DNA from: an uncultured Desulfarculus sp.
GTDB lineage: Bacteria > Desulfobacterota > Desulfarculia > Desulfarculales > Desulfarculaceae
Assembly: GCA_963665125.2 (NCBI GenBank)
Contig: CAXXUK010000002.1
Span: 416,001 to 480,000, forward strand
Length of the DNA: 64,000 nt
Direction: 5' to 3'
Translations under genes and position numbers: made by a program
Notes under the pieces: generated by a model
The model's database searches: none
Told to the model about the DNA's origin: nothing
Seen by the model: only the letters and a program-made list of their open reading frames with translations
Shown here: positions 56,256 through 64,000 of the stretch, piece after piece
Layout of the letters: every line of letters starts with the position of its first letter
Numbering within the stretch: the stretch's first letter is position 1

Positions 56256-57602
56256 ATGCCGGGGAATAAATTGAAACTTTTCGTCTTCTCAGTGGTCTGC
56301 GTCCTGCTTATGGCTATTGCCGTCTGCGGAGCCAACAAGGCCGAGGCCTTTGAGCCGTTTAAGAGCGACCTGACCAAATTTGACCCGCACAACCAACAGT
56401 TTCCGCCGCTGTCCGATGACGTGATCAAGGTCGGTATTTTCTGGCCCTTTACCGGACCGGCCGCCATCAACGGCCAGATCTACTGGTTGACCATCGGCAT
56501 GGCCGTATACGACATCAACAGCCAGGGCGGCTTGATGATCGGCGGCAAGAAGAAAAAGATCGTTTTGATCAAGGGCGACCATCAGATGAAGCCCACGGTG
56601 GCCAAGCGGGCCATGGAAAAGCTGTGCCTGGAGGACAAAGTCGACCTGATCATCGGCACCACCGGCACGCACCTGAACCTGGTCGGCCAGCAGGTGGCGG
56701 CCAAATACGGCAAGATTTACCTGAACGTGGCCTCGCTAGCGGACTCGCTGATGCAGGGTAATAACTGGAACAAATACACCTTCCGCACCTGCGTGACCAA
56801 CAGCATGCTGGCCAAGGCACTGGCTCAGTACTATGCCACCCGCCCCGAGAAAAAGTTCTACATTTTGTGCCAGGACTATACCTATGGCCACAACCTGGCT
56901 AAAAACTTTAAAGAAGCCCTCAAGATCACGCGCCCCGACGCCGAGATCGTCGGCGAGGACTACCATCCGCTGTTTGTCAAGGACTTCGCTCCGTATCTGA
57001 CAAAAATCAAAGCCTCCGGCGCCGAGGTCATCATGTCCGGCGACTATACTCCGGATCTGGACAACCTCACCAAACAAGCGGATCAGTTGGGCGTGAACCT
57101 GCCTATAGCCGGTCCGTTCACCATGAACCCGATACCATTTGAGAGCATCAAGCCGCCACATGGCAGGGGCATGGTGAGCACCGTCTCCTACGCGACCAAC
57201 TACACCAAACCCGGTAACATGGAACTGATGACCAAGTGGAATGCGGCGTGGAAAACCTGGAAGGCCCCGCTTTACAATGGCCCCCTGTTCAAGTGGCCCA
57301 TAGGCATCCTGCCCCAGTCCATGATCGGCGCCTATTGGCTGTTCAAGGTCGTGGAAAAGGCCGACTCCCTTGATGCCGACAAGATCATCGCCGCCTGGGA
57401 AGGCGATGAAATCGAACTCTTCGACAACAAATACAAGATGCGCGCCTGTGACCACCAGGCCATCTTTGAAATGAGCGGCTCTTCAGCGGATTGGCCCAAC
57501 GTTTTCTTTGAGAAGGCCGCGGCCATGGTGAACGTCGTCGTCATTCCGGCTGACAAATGCAGCCAGCCTTTGCCCAAGGACCTGCCCCAGTGCAATAAAT
57601 AA
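56256..57602 (+). CDS. ABC transporter substrate-binding protein (branched-chain amino acid/PBP1 family), copy 1
   Basis: Signal peptide ending AEA; IKVG..P.TGPAA..G, DINSQGG, YTFR, QDYTYG, DFAPYLTKIK, MRACDHQ. Confidence 0.92.
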   Translation: MPGNKLKLFVFSVVCVLLMAIAVCGANKAEAFEPFKSDLTKFDPHNQQFPPLSDDVIKVGIFWPFTGPAAINGQIYWLTIGMAVYDINSQGGLMIGGKKKKIVLIKGDHQMKPTVAKRAMEKLCLEDKVDLIIGTTGTHLNLVGQQVAAKYGKIYLNVASLADSLMQGNNWNKYTFRTCVTNSMLAKALAQYYATRPEKKFYILCQDYTYGHNLAKNFKEALKITRPDAEIVGEDYHPLFVKDFAPYLTKIKASGAEVIMSGDYTPDLDNLTKQADQLGVNLPIAGPFTMNPIPFESIKPPHGRGMVSTVSYATNYTKPGNMELMTKWNAAWKTWKAPLYNGPLFKWPIGILPQSMIGAYWLFKVVEKADSLDADKIIAAWEGDEIELFDNKYKMRACDHQAIFEMSGSSADWPNVFFEKAAAMVNVVVIPADKCSQPLPKDLPQCNK

Positions 57603-57620
57603 GACCCGGTTAATATAGGT

Positions 57621-57665
57621 AAAAAGGCCCGGCCGCGATGGTTGAATCGCGGCCGGGCCTTTTTT
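57621..57665 (+). terminator. Intrinsic terminator, copy 1
   Basis: AAAAAGGCCCGGCCGCGAT/ATCGCGGCCGGGCCTTTTT. Confidence 0.9.
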
Positions 57666-57943
57666 GTGGCCGGGTTTGGTCCTTGCGATCTTGTAATCCG
57701 TTACTATAGATATCGTCAAAATATTAAACCGTATCGACGTAGTATCGCCATAATGAGAAACGCTTATGGAACTAACCGCCAAAAAAAAATATAGCAGTAC
57801 ATAATTTCGCAATAAAATAAAATACCGGTGTTATTTTTATTAACTTTAGGCATCGTTTTTGTTATGTTCTGCGACAATCATAAACGGTGTTTATACGGAC
57901 CGATTTTCAACGGTGTGTAGCCAACAAAAGAAATGGAGTTAAA

Positions 57944-59290
57944 GTGCCGGGGAATAAATCAAAATTCATCGTTTTCTCAGTAATTTGCGCAATGTTGCTA
58001 ACGGTAGCTTTGTGCGGTGTGAACAAGGCCGAGGCCTTTGAGCCGTTCAAGGGTGACCTGACCAGCTTTGATCCCCACAACCAACAATTTCCCCCGCTGT
58101 CCGACGATGTGATCAAGGTCGGCATTTTCTGGCCCTTTACCGGCCCCGCGGCCGTCAACGGCCAGATCTACTGGCTGACCATCGGCCTGGCCGTGCACGA
58201 CATCAACAGCCAGGGCGGTTTGATGATAGGCGGCAAGAAGAAAAAGATCGTTTTGATCAAGGGCGACCATCAGATGAAGCCCACCGTGGCCAAGCGGGCC
58301 ATGGAAAAGCTGTGCCTGGAAGACAAGGTCGACCTGATCATCGGCACCACCGGCACGCACCTGAACCTGGTCGGCCAGCAGGTGGCGGCCAAGTACGGCA
58401 AGATTTACCTGACCGTGGCCTCCCTGGCGGACTCGCTGATGCAGGGCAAAAACTGGAACAAGTACACTTTCCGCACCTGCGCCACCAACAGCATGCTGGC
58501 CACGGCCCTAGCCAAGTTTTATGCCACCCGCCCCGAGAAAAAATTCTACATATTGTGCCAGGACTATACCTATGGCCACAATTTCGCGACGAACTTCAAA
58601 AACGCGCTCAAAGTCACGCGTCCTGACGCCGAGATCGTTGGTGAAGACTACCATCCCCTGTTTGCCAAGGACTTCGCCCCGTACCTGACCAAGATCAAGG
58701 GTACGGATGCCCAGGTGATCATTTCCGCCGACTTCACCCCGGACCTGGACAACCTGACCAAACAGTCGGACCAGCTGGGCATCGGCCTGCCCATCGCCGG
58801 GCCGTTCACGGCCAACCCGATTCCGCTTCAGACCATCAAGCCGCCTCACGGCAAGGGCTTTGTGGCCGCCCAGTCCTACATGACCATCTTCAACAAGCCG
58901 GGCAACGTCGAGTTGATGAACAAGTGGCATGAGTGCTGGAAAAACTGGCAGGCCCCGCTGTACAACGGCCCCCTGTTCAAATGGCCTCTGGGCATCCTGC
59001 CCCAGTCCATGATCGGCGCCTACTGGCTGTTCAAGGTCATTGAAAAGGCCGACTCCCTTGACGCCGACAAGATCATCGCCGCCTGGGAAGGCGATGAGAT
59101 CGAGCTCTTCGGCAACAAGTACAAGATGCGCGCCTGCGACCACCAGGCCATCTTTGACATGAACGCCTCGGAGATGAGCTGGCCCAACAATTTCTATGAC
59201 AAGGCCGCGACCCCGGTGAACGTCGTCACTATTCCGGCCGCCGAGTGCACCCAGCCCCTGCCCACGGATCTGCCCCAGTGCAATAAATAA
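57944..59290 (+). CDS. ABC transporter substrate-binding protein (PBP1 family), copy 2
   Basis: Close paralog of copy 1; GTG start after GGAG. Confidence 0.92.
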   Translation: MPGNKSKFIVFSVICAMLLTVALCGVNKAEAFEPFKGDLTSFDPHNQQFPPLSDDVIKVGIFWPFTGPAAVNGQIYWLTIGLAVHDINSQGGLMIGGKKKKIVLIKGDHQMKPTVAKRAMEKLCLEDKVDLIIGTTGTHLNLVGQQVAAKYGKIYLTVASLADSLMQGKNWNKYTFRTCATNSMLATALAKFYATRPEKKFYILCQDYTYGHNFATNFKNALKVTRPDAEIVGEDYHPLFAKDFAPYLTKIKGTDAQVIISADFTPDLDNLTKQSDQLGIGLPIAGPFTANPIPLQTIKPPHGKGFVAAQSYMTIFNKPGNVELMNKWHECWKNWQAPLYNGPLFKWPLGILPQSMIGAYWLFKVIEKADSLDADKIIAAWEGDEIELFGNKYKMRACDHQAIFDMNASEMSWPNNFYDKAATPVNVVTIPAAECTQPLPTDLPQCNK

Positions 59291-59313
59291 GTTGCGCTTG
59301 AAATAGGCGAAAT

Positions 59314-59353
59314 GGCCCGGCCGCGGTGGTTGATCCGCGGCCGGGCCTTTTTT
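59314..59353 (+). terminator. Intrinsic terminator, copy 2
   Basis: GGCCCGGCCGCGG/CCGCGGCCGGGCC followed by T6. Confidence 0.9.
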
Positions 59354-59720
59354 GTGCGCGGTTTTTTCCAAGGGGGCGTTGGGTGAGCGGCCGTCGCCGG
59401 CCCGGCCAAGGCGCCTGCCTGCGGTCCCGGGACTCGTAGGCCAAGCGGCTTTGGCTTTTAGCTATTGTGCAATATTGACCTATAAATATCGCCAAAAAAA
59501 TAAAATTCAACAACAAGGTATTGCTAATAATAAAAATACACATTGGAACAAGCGGGCAAAATAAGTATATGAATTTATAAAATTGCAAAAAAATAAAATC
59601 ACGGTGTTTTTTATTGTTAACATTGTGCGGTGTTTTTGTTATCTTCTGCAACGATCATGAACGGTGTTTTTACGGACCGATCATCCACGGTGTGTAGACA
59701 ACAAAGGAAATGGAGTTAAA

Positions 59721-61067
59721 ATGCCGGGAAATAAATCAAAAATAATCGTGATTACAATGATTTGCGCTATGTTTGTGGCTATTGCCGTATGCGGCGTGAA
59801 CAAGGCGCAGGCCTTTGAGCCCTTTAAGAGCGACCTGACCACCTTTGATCCTCACAACCAAAAGTTCCCGCCGGATTCCGACGATGTAATCAAAGTCGGG
59901 CTTTTTTTCCCCTTCACGGGTCCGGGAGCTATTAACGGCCATATTTACTGGCTGACTATCGGCCTGGCCGTGCACGATATCAACAGCCAGGGCGGCGTGA
60001 CGGTCGACGGCAAGAAAAAGAAGATCATCTTGATCAAGGGCGACAACCAAATGAAGCCCGCGGTGGCCAAAAGAGCCATGGAAAAGCTGTGCCTGGAAGA
60101 CGATGTTGATTTCATCATCGGCGCCCCAGGCTCGCACATCTGCTTGATCGGCCAGCAGGTGGCGGCCAAGTACAAGAAGATTTACATGACCGTGGCCGCG
60201 CTTTCGGACTCCTTGATGCAGGGCAAAAACTGGAACAAGTACACTTTCCGCACCTGCGCCACCAACTCCATGTTTGCCAGAGGTTTGGCCGGGTTCTACG
60301 CCAAGCGTCCGGAAAAGAAATTCTATATTCTTTGCCAGGATTACACCTATGGCCACCTCTTTGCGAAAAACTTCAAGGACGCGCTTCTGGCCCTCCGTCC
60401 GGATGCCGAGTTTGTCGGAGAAGACTACCATCCGCTGTTTGCCAAGGATTATGCCCCGTACCTGACCAAGATCAAGGGAAGCGGCGCCGAGGTCATCATC
60501 ACCGGTGATTTCAACCCGGACAGCGATAACCTGATCAAGCAGGCCGACCAGCTTGGCATCAACCTGCCCATGGCCGGGCCCTTCATCGACAGCCCGATTC
60601 CCCTGCAGACCATCAAGCCGCCCCATGGCAGGGGTTTGGTTCCCATCCATTCCTATATGACCCTTTTAAACAAGCCCGGGAACGTGGAGTTCATGAACAA
60701 GTGGCACGAGGCCTGGAAAAACTGGAAGGCCCCGCTTTACAACAGCACCATGTTCAAGTGGCCCGGCAGCATTCTGGCCCAGACCACCATCAGCACTTAC
60801 TGGCTGTTCAAGGTCGTGGAAAAAGCTAATTCCATTGATCCTGACAAGATTATCGCCGCATGGGAAGGTGATGAAGTCGAGATCTTCGGCAACAAGTACA
60901 AGATGCGTCCCTGCGACCACCAGGCCATCATTGACATGAACGCCTCCGAACTGAGCTGGCCCAACGACTTTTACGAGAAGGCTGCCGCTCCGGTCAACGT
61001 CGTGACGATTCCGGCCGCCGAATGCACCCAGCCCTTGCCCACAGATCTGCCCCGGTGCAATAAATAG
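59721..61067 (+). CDS. ABC transporter substrate-binding protein (PBP1 family), copy 3
   Basis: More diverged paralog of copies 1 and 2; ATG after GGAG. Confidence 0.92.
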   Translation: MPGNKSKIIVITMICAMFVAIAVCGVNKAQAFEPFKSDLTTFDPHNQKFPPDSDDVIKVGLFFPFTGPGAINGHIYWLTIGLAVHDINSQGGVTVDGKKKKIILIKGDNQMKPAVAKRAMEKLCLEDDVDFIIGAPGSHICLIGQQVAAKYKKIYMTVAALSDSLMQGKNWNKYTFRTCATNSMFARGLAGFYAKRPEKKFYILCQDYTYGHLFAKNFKDALLALRPDAEFVGEDYHPLFAKDYAPYLTKIKGSGAEVIITGDFNPDSDNLIKQADQLGINLPMAGPFIDSPIPLQTIKPPHGRGLVPIHSYMTLLNKPGNVEFMNKWHEAWKNWKAPLYNSTMFKWPGSILAQTTISTYWLFKVVEKANSIDPDKIIAAWEGDEVEIFGNKYKMRPCDHQAIIDMNASELSWPNDFYEKAAAPVNVVTIPAAECTQPLPTDLPRCNK

Positions 61068-61088
61068 GCTGCGTTTGACATAGGCAAT

Positions 61089-61129
61089 AAGGCCCGGCCG
61101 CGGTGGTTGATCCGCAGCCGGGCTTTTTT
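61089..61129 (+). terminator. Intrinsic terminator, copy 3
   Basis: GCCCGGCCGCGG/CCGCAGCCGGGC followed by T6. Confidence 0.85.
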
Positions 61130-61155
61130 ATTCGGTAATTTAGGGGGGAGGCCGG

Positions 61156-62253
61156 CTAGTAGGCCTGTTTGCGCTCCCGGCCCCAGGCGTCGGCGGCCTT
61201 GATCATGTCGGCAACCACGGCCGGAGTATGCTCAAAGGGCTCGTTGTGCATGCTCTCGCCGGGCGCACAGGCCTTTTCGGCCACCTTGAGCAGGTCCTGC
61301 TCCGTGGCGTCGGCAATGCCCAGGTCGGCCAGGGTGGTGGGCAGACCCACTGATTCGCAGAAGCCGTAGACCTGGTCCATGACCGAGGGGTATTTGTCGG
61401 TCAAAAACAACGACGCCAGCACGCCGAAGGCCACCTTTTCGCCGTGATAGAAATTGTGGGTGCCGGCCAGGGCGGTCAGGCCGTTGTGGATGGAATGGGC
61501 CGCGGCCAGACCGGCGCTCTCGAAGCCCAGGCCGCTGAGCAGGGTGTTGGCTTCGACTATATGCTCCAAGGCCGGAGTCACCGCGCCCGCCCGGCAGGAG
61601 GCCAGGGCGGCCAAGCCATAGTCCTGGAGGGTGTCCCAGCAAAGACCGGCCAGGGCATAGGCGGTCATGGAGCCGGTCACGCCGGCGATATTGGGGGCCT
61701 GTTTGATCTTGCAGGATTCGGCCTCAAACCAGGTGGCCAAGGCATCGCCCATGCCCGACACCAGAAAACGGGCCGGGGCCTGGGCCACGACCTGGGTGTC
61801 TACAACCACCGCGTCGGGATTGCGGGGCAGCAGGTCGGCCCGGGCGAAGACGCCCTCGGGGCTGTAGACCACGCAAACCGAACTGCACGGCGCGTCGGTG
61901 GAGGCGATGGTCGGCGCAGTGATGGCCGGAACCTGGGCCAGATGAGCCACGGCCTTGGCCGCGTCAAGGGTCTTGCCTCCGCCCAGGCCCAGGACCAAAT
62001 CACAGCCGGACTTGCCGAACAGGCCGAAAAGCCGCTGGATTTCATCATCACAACATTCCCGGCCGAATGTCTCGACCACCACCGGGCAGCGCTGTTGCAT
62101 GTCGGGCAGAAGGGCCGGCAGCAGATGCTCTTTTGGGTGGGGCGAAGCGATCAGAAAGGCCTTGCGGCCCAGCCGGGCGCACTCGTCGCCAAGGCGGGAC
62201 AACGCGCCCTTGCCCTGTACATAGCGGCCCGGAAACAAGGTTATGTTAATCAT
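61156..62253 (-). CDS. gldA: Glycerol dehydrogenase
   Basis: PGRYVQG, GLGGGKTLDAAK, PTIASTDAPCS, GMGDALATWFEA, EANTLLSGLGFESAGLAAAHSIHNGLT, HGEKVAFG. Confidence 0.93.
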   Translation of the reverse strand: MINITLFPGRYVQGKGALSRLGDECARLGRKAFLIASPHPKEHLLPALLPDMQQRCPVVVETFGRECCDDEIQRLFGLFGKSGCDLVLGLGGGKTLDAAKAVAHLAQVPAITAPTIASTDAPCSSVCVVYSPEGVFARADLLPRNPDAVVVDTQVVAQAPARFLVSGMGDALATWFEAESCKIKQAPNIAGVTGSMTAYALAGLCWDTLQDYGLAALASCRAGAVTPALEHIVEANTLLSGLGFESAGLAAAHSIHNGLTALAGTHNFYHGEKVAFGVLASLFLTDKYPSVMDQVYGFCESVGLPTTLADLGIADATEQDLLKVAEKACAPGESMHNEPFEHTPAVVADMIKAADAWGRERKQAY

Positions 62254-62364
62254 CTACGGCATCCTTGGTCAGGTGGTTTTGTTGGCCGGAAAACGACTGG
62301 ACCAGTATGCCTTTGCGGGTTGGCGGCGTCCAGGCCGAAATGAACCCCCATCGCCGCGTGCAGC

Positions 62365-62399
62365 AAAAAAGCTCCCGCACCAGCGGGCCGGTGCGGGAA
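62365..62399 (-). terminator. Intrinsic terminator after the lipoprotein genes
   Basis: TCCCGCACC/GGTGCGGGA stem with an adjacent A6 (U-tract on the - strand). Confidence 0.75.
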
Positions 62400-62419
62400 C
62401 GCCGTGTCAAAATATTAGG

Positions 62420-62998
62420 TTATTGCTTTTTCATGATAATGCTTTCGGAAGGAATATCGCCGCCTCTGTCGCCGCTGAGCATGTCGCATTTGCCGTTTAC
62501 ATAACTTACGATTATGTCGTGATAACGGGTGGTTCCCGTGCATTTTACGGCATACGAAATATATACCAGACTGCCTTCGACCTTTGTGACGGGATTGCTG
62601 ACGGTGGCTCCCGGACAGGTGCTCATGGTAATTGCGGTTACCTGGCCCTTGGAGTTGAGGGTTAAGGTGCCCGAATCGCTGTCGGTGCTGTACATCCATG
62701 TCCCGCCTATCTGCATGAAACAGGTCTGGGTGATCGTGTCGCCCGAGGGAGTGGGTGTTGCTGTCGGCGCCGGAGTGGGTGTGGGATAGGGCGTTGGCGT
62801 GGCAGTGGGAGCGGAGGTGACAGTGGGGGTGGACGTGGGCGCCGCGGTTTTGGTTGGCTCGGGTGTTGCCGTCGGCGTGGGGTCGAGATACATATCAGCG
62901 ATGGTTTCGCCGCTGCCGCCGCCGGAATGGCAGGCCGCCAAACCCAGACAAACCACCAGGATTGATAAAATGCAGATCATCAGGGTGTTCCGTTTCAA
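62420..62998 (-). CDS. Lipoprotein with long Pro/Thr linker and Cys-containing C-terminal domain
   Basis: AAGGAGG RBS + TTG start, LAAC lipobox, ~45-aa PT-rich tract. Confidence 0.8.
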   Translation of the reverse strand: MKRNTLMICILSILVVCLGLAACHSGGGSGETIADMYLDPTPTATPEPTKTAAPTSTPTVTSAPTATPTPYPTPTPAPTATPTPSGDTITQTCFMQIGGTWMYSTDSDSGTLTLNSKGQVTAITMSTCPGATVSNPVTKVEGSLVYISYAVKCTGTTRYHDIIVSYVNGKCDMLSGDRGGDIPSESIIMKKQ

Positions 62999-63048
62999 CT
63001 TAGCCTCCTTTCCGATTCCGGGCACTGGCGGGATTGTTTTCAACCAAA

Positions 63049-63789
63049 TTATTTGGTTACCGTGAACGTCCCGTTGTCGCCGTGGGCATCGGTGTATGTG
63101 CCGCTTATCTTGTTGCAGCTGCTGGCTGTGCCGGTAAATGTCGATTCGGACGAGTTGCCGAATTTGAACGAAGTTGGCGGTGTGTTGGAACCCACCGAGC
63201 CGGTTGCGTTGTATTTCCATGAATAGCCCGAGCTTATCTGCTGGATAACGCCCGCTATGGCAAAGGCAGCTGTGATATTGGCGATGGTCATCGAAACCTG
63301 AGAATCGCCAAAGCCAGCAACGTTGCTTTTAGTCGTACCGTTCCAGGTGCCTAAAAGACAGTTGGTGCTGGGCTCGGCCGTTGGGGACGGGATCGGTGTG
63401 TTCGTTGGTTCGGGTAGTGGGGTTGAAGTGGGCTCTGCCGTGGGCCAAGCTGTCGGCGTTGCCGTGGGTGTTGCGGTCGGCGTGCCGCCTGGGCACTCCC
63501 ACCGGTCTTTTTTATAATTATAAATAGGGAGATCATAGCCCGAACAGTTTTTTACGCATTCCGAGGCATCGCCATCGTATGGGGCTTGTTGTAAAGTATA
63601 ACCTGAAGGGCACTTGAAGGCGCAGTAATAAGAAGTCCGATCCGCATTCCACACCGCCGTCATATCATATGGACAAGTGGCTTTCTTGGAGCCGCCGCCG
63701 CCGTCGCCGTCTGAACAACTGCTGCTGTCGCAGGCCAGGCCTACGCCTAATATTAATACCGTTAAAAAAATCAAGACCATCCTACGCAT
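63049..63789 (-). CDS. Lipoprotein with Cys-rich N-domain, Pro/Thr linker and beta C-domain
   Basis: GAGGTG RBS, GLAC lipobox, several Cys (CPY, CAFKCPSGY, ECVKNC, WECP), PT tract. Confidence 0.8.
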   Translation of the reverse strand: MRRMVLIFLTVLILGVGLACDSSSCSDGDGGGGSKKATCPYDMTAVWNADRTSYYCAFKCPSGYTLQQAPYDGDASECVKNCSGYDLPIYNYKKDRWECPGGTPTATPTATPTAWPTAEPTSTPLPEPTNTPIPSPTAEPSTNCLLGTWNGTTKSNVAGFGDSQVSMTIANITAAFAIAGVIQQISSGYSWKYNATGSVGSNTPPTSFKFGNSSESTFTGTASSCNKISGTYTDAHGDNGTFTVTK

Positions 63790-64000
63790 CGGGCCACCTC
63801 GCTGAACCATTGTGTAAACTGTTTTTACGCCTGATTTAAACACACCTGCCGACCCGGAACTATTGGGCAAATGCCCCAAAATTTGCTATTGCTGTTCAAT
63901 GGTCTGATTTATGCGGTCAAAGGCTGCGGTTATGATGATGAATCAAAAAGTATCTGATTTTTTAAAAGATATTATTAATGCGGGATACAATGTGCCCGCT

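Noticed and set aside
62750..63490. Short repeats as a CRISPR array or VNTR
   Set aside because: They are degenerate codons for Pro/Thr linkers within lipoprotein genes, with no repeat-spacer structure.

Overview
A GC-rich bacterial chromosomal segment. Its gene content suggests an anaerobic Desulfobacterota (deltaproteobacterium); this is an inference. From left to right it carries: (1) a three-gene operon of a Cys-type [NiFeSe]-like hydrogenase large subunit, a Tat-exported small subunit and a chemoreceptor with a periplasmic CxxCH heme-c motif, the best candidate for an undescribed system (H2/redox taxis); (2) tandem formate dehydrogenase alpha paralogs, one with selenocysteine (in-frame TGA plus SECIS) and one with cysteine, sharing an upstream palindrome; (3) a SulP transporter co-transcribed with a phosphorelay that has no DNA-binding output; (4) HDOD and TetR genes and a divergent AbfD-like enzyme; (5) a TonB/FecCD metal-chelate uptake operon with two SAM-binding proteins; (6) a sigma54-controlled 4-hydroxybutyrate operon (abfD, a small Cys protein, a CoA-transferase, a transporter) with readable enhancer sites; (7) a MarR/hydrolase pair, LysE, a giant acyl-CoA dehydratase activase-like protein, GGDEF and HD-GYP genes and hypothetical membrane or secreted proteins; (8) a frameshifted IS3-family element without target duplication next to a truncated gene; (9) three tandem orphan ABC substrate-binding proteins, gldA and Pro/Thr-linker lipoproteins. 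No rRNA, tRNA or CRISPR array was recognised. All calls come from motif reading by eye; no database searches were run.
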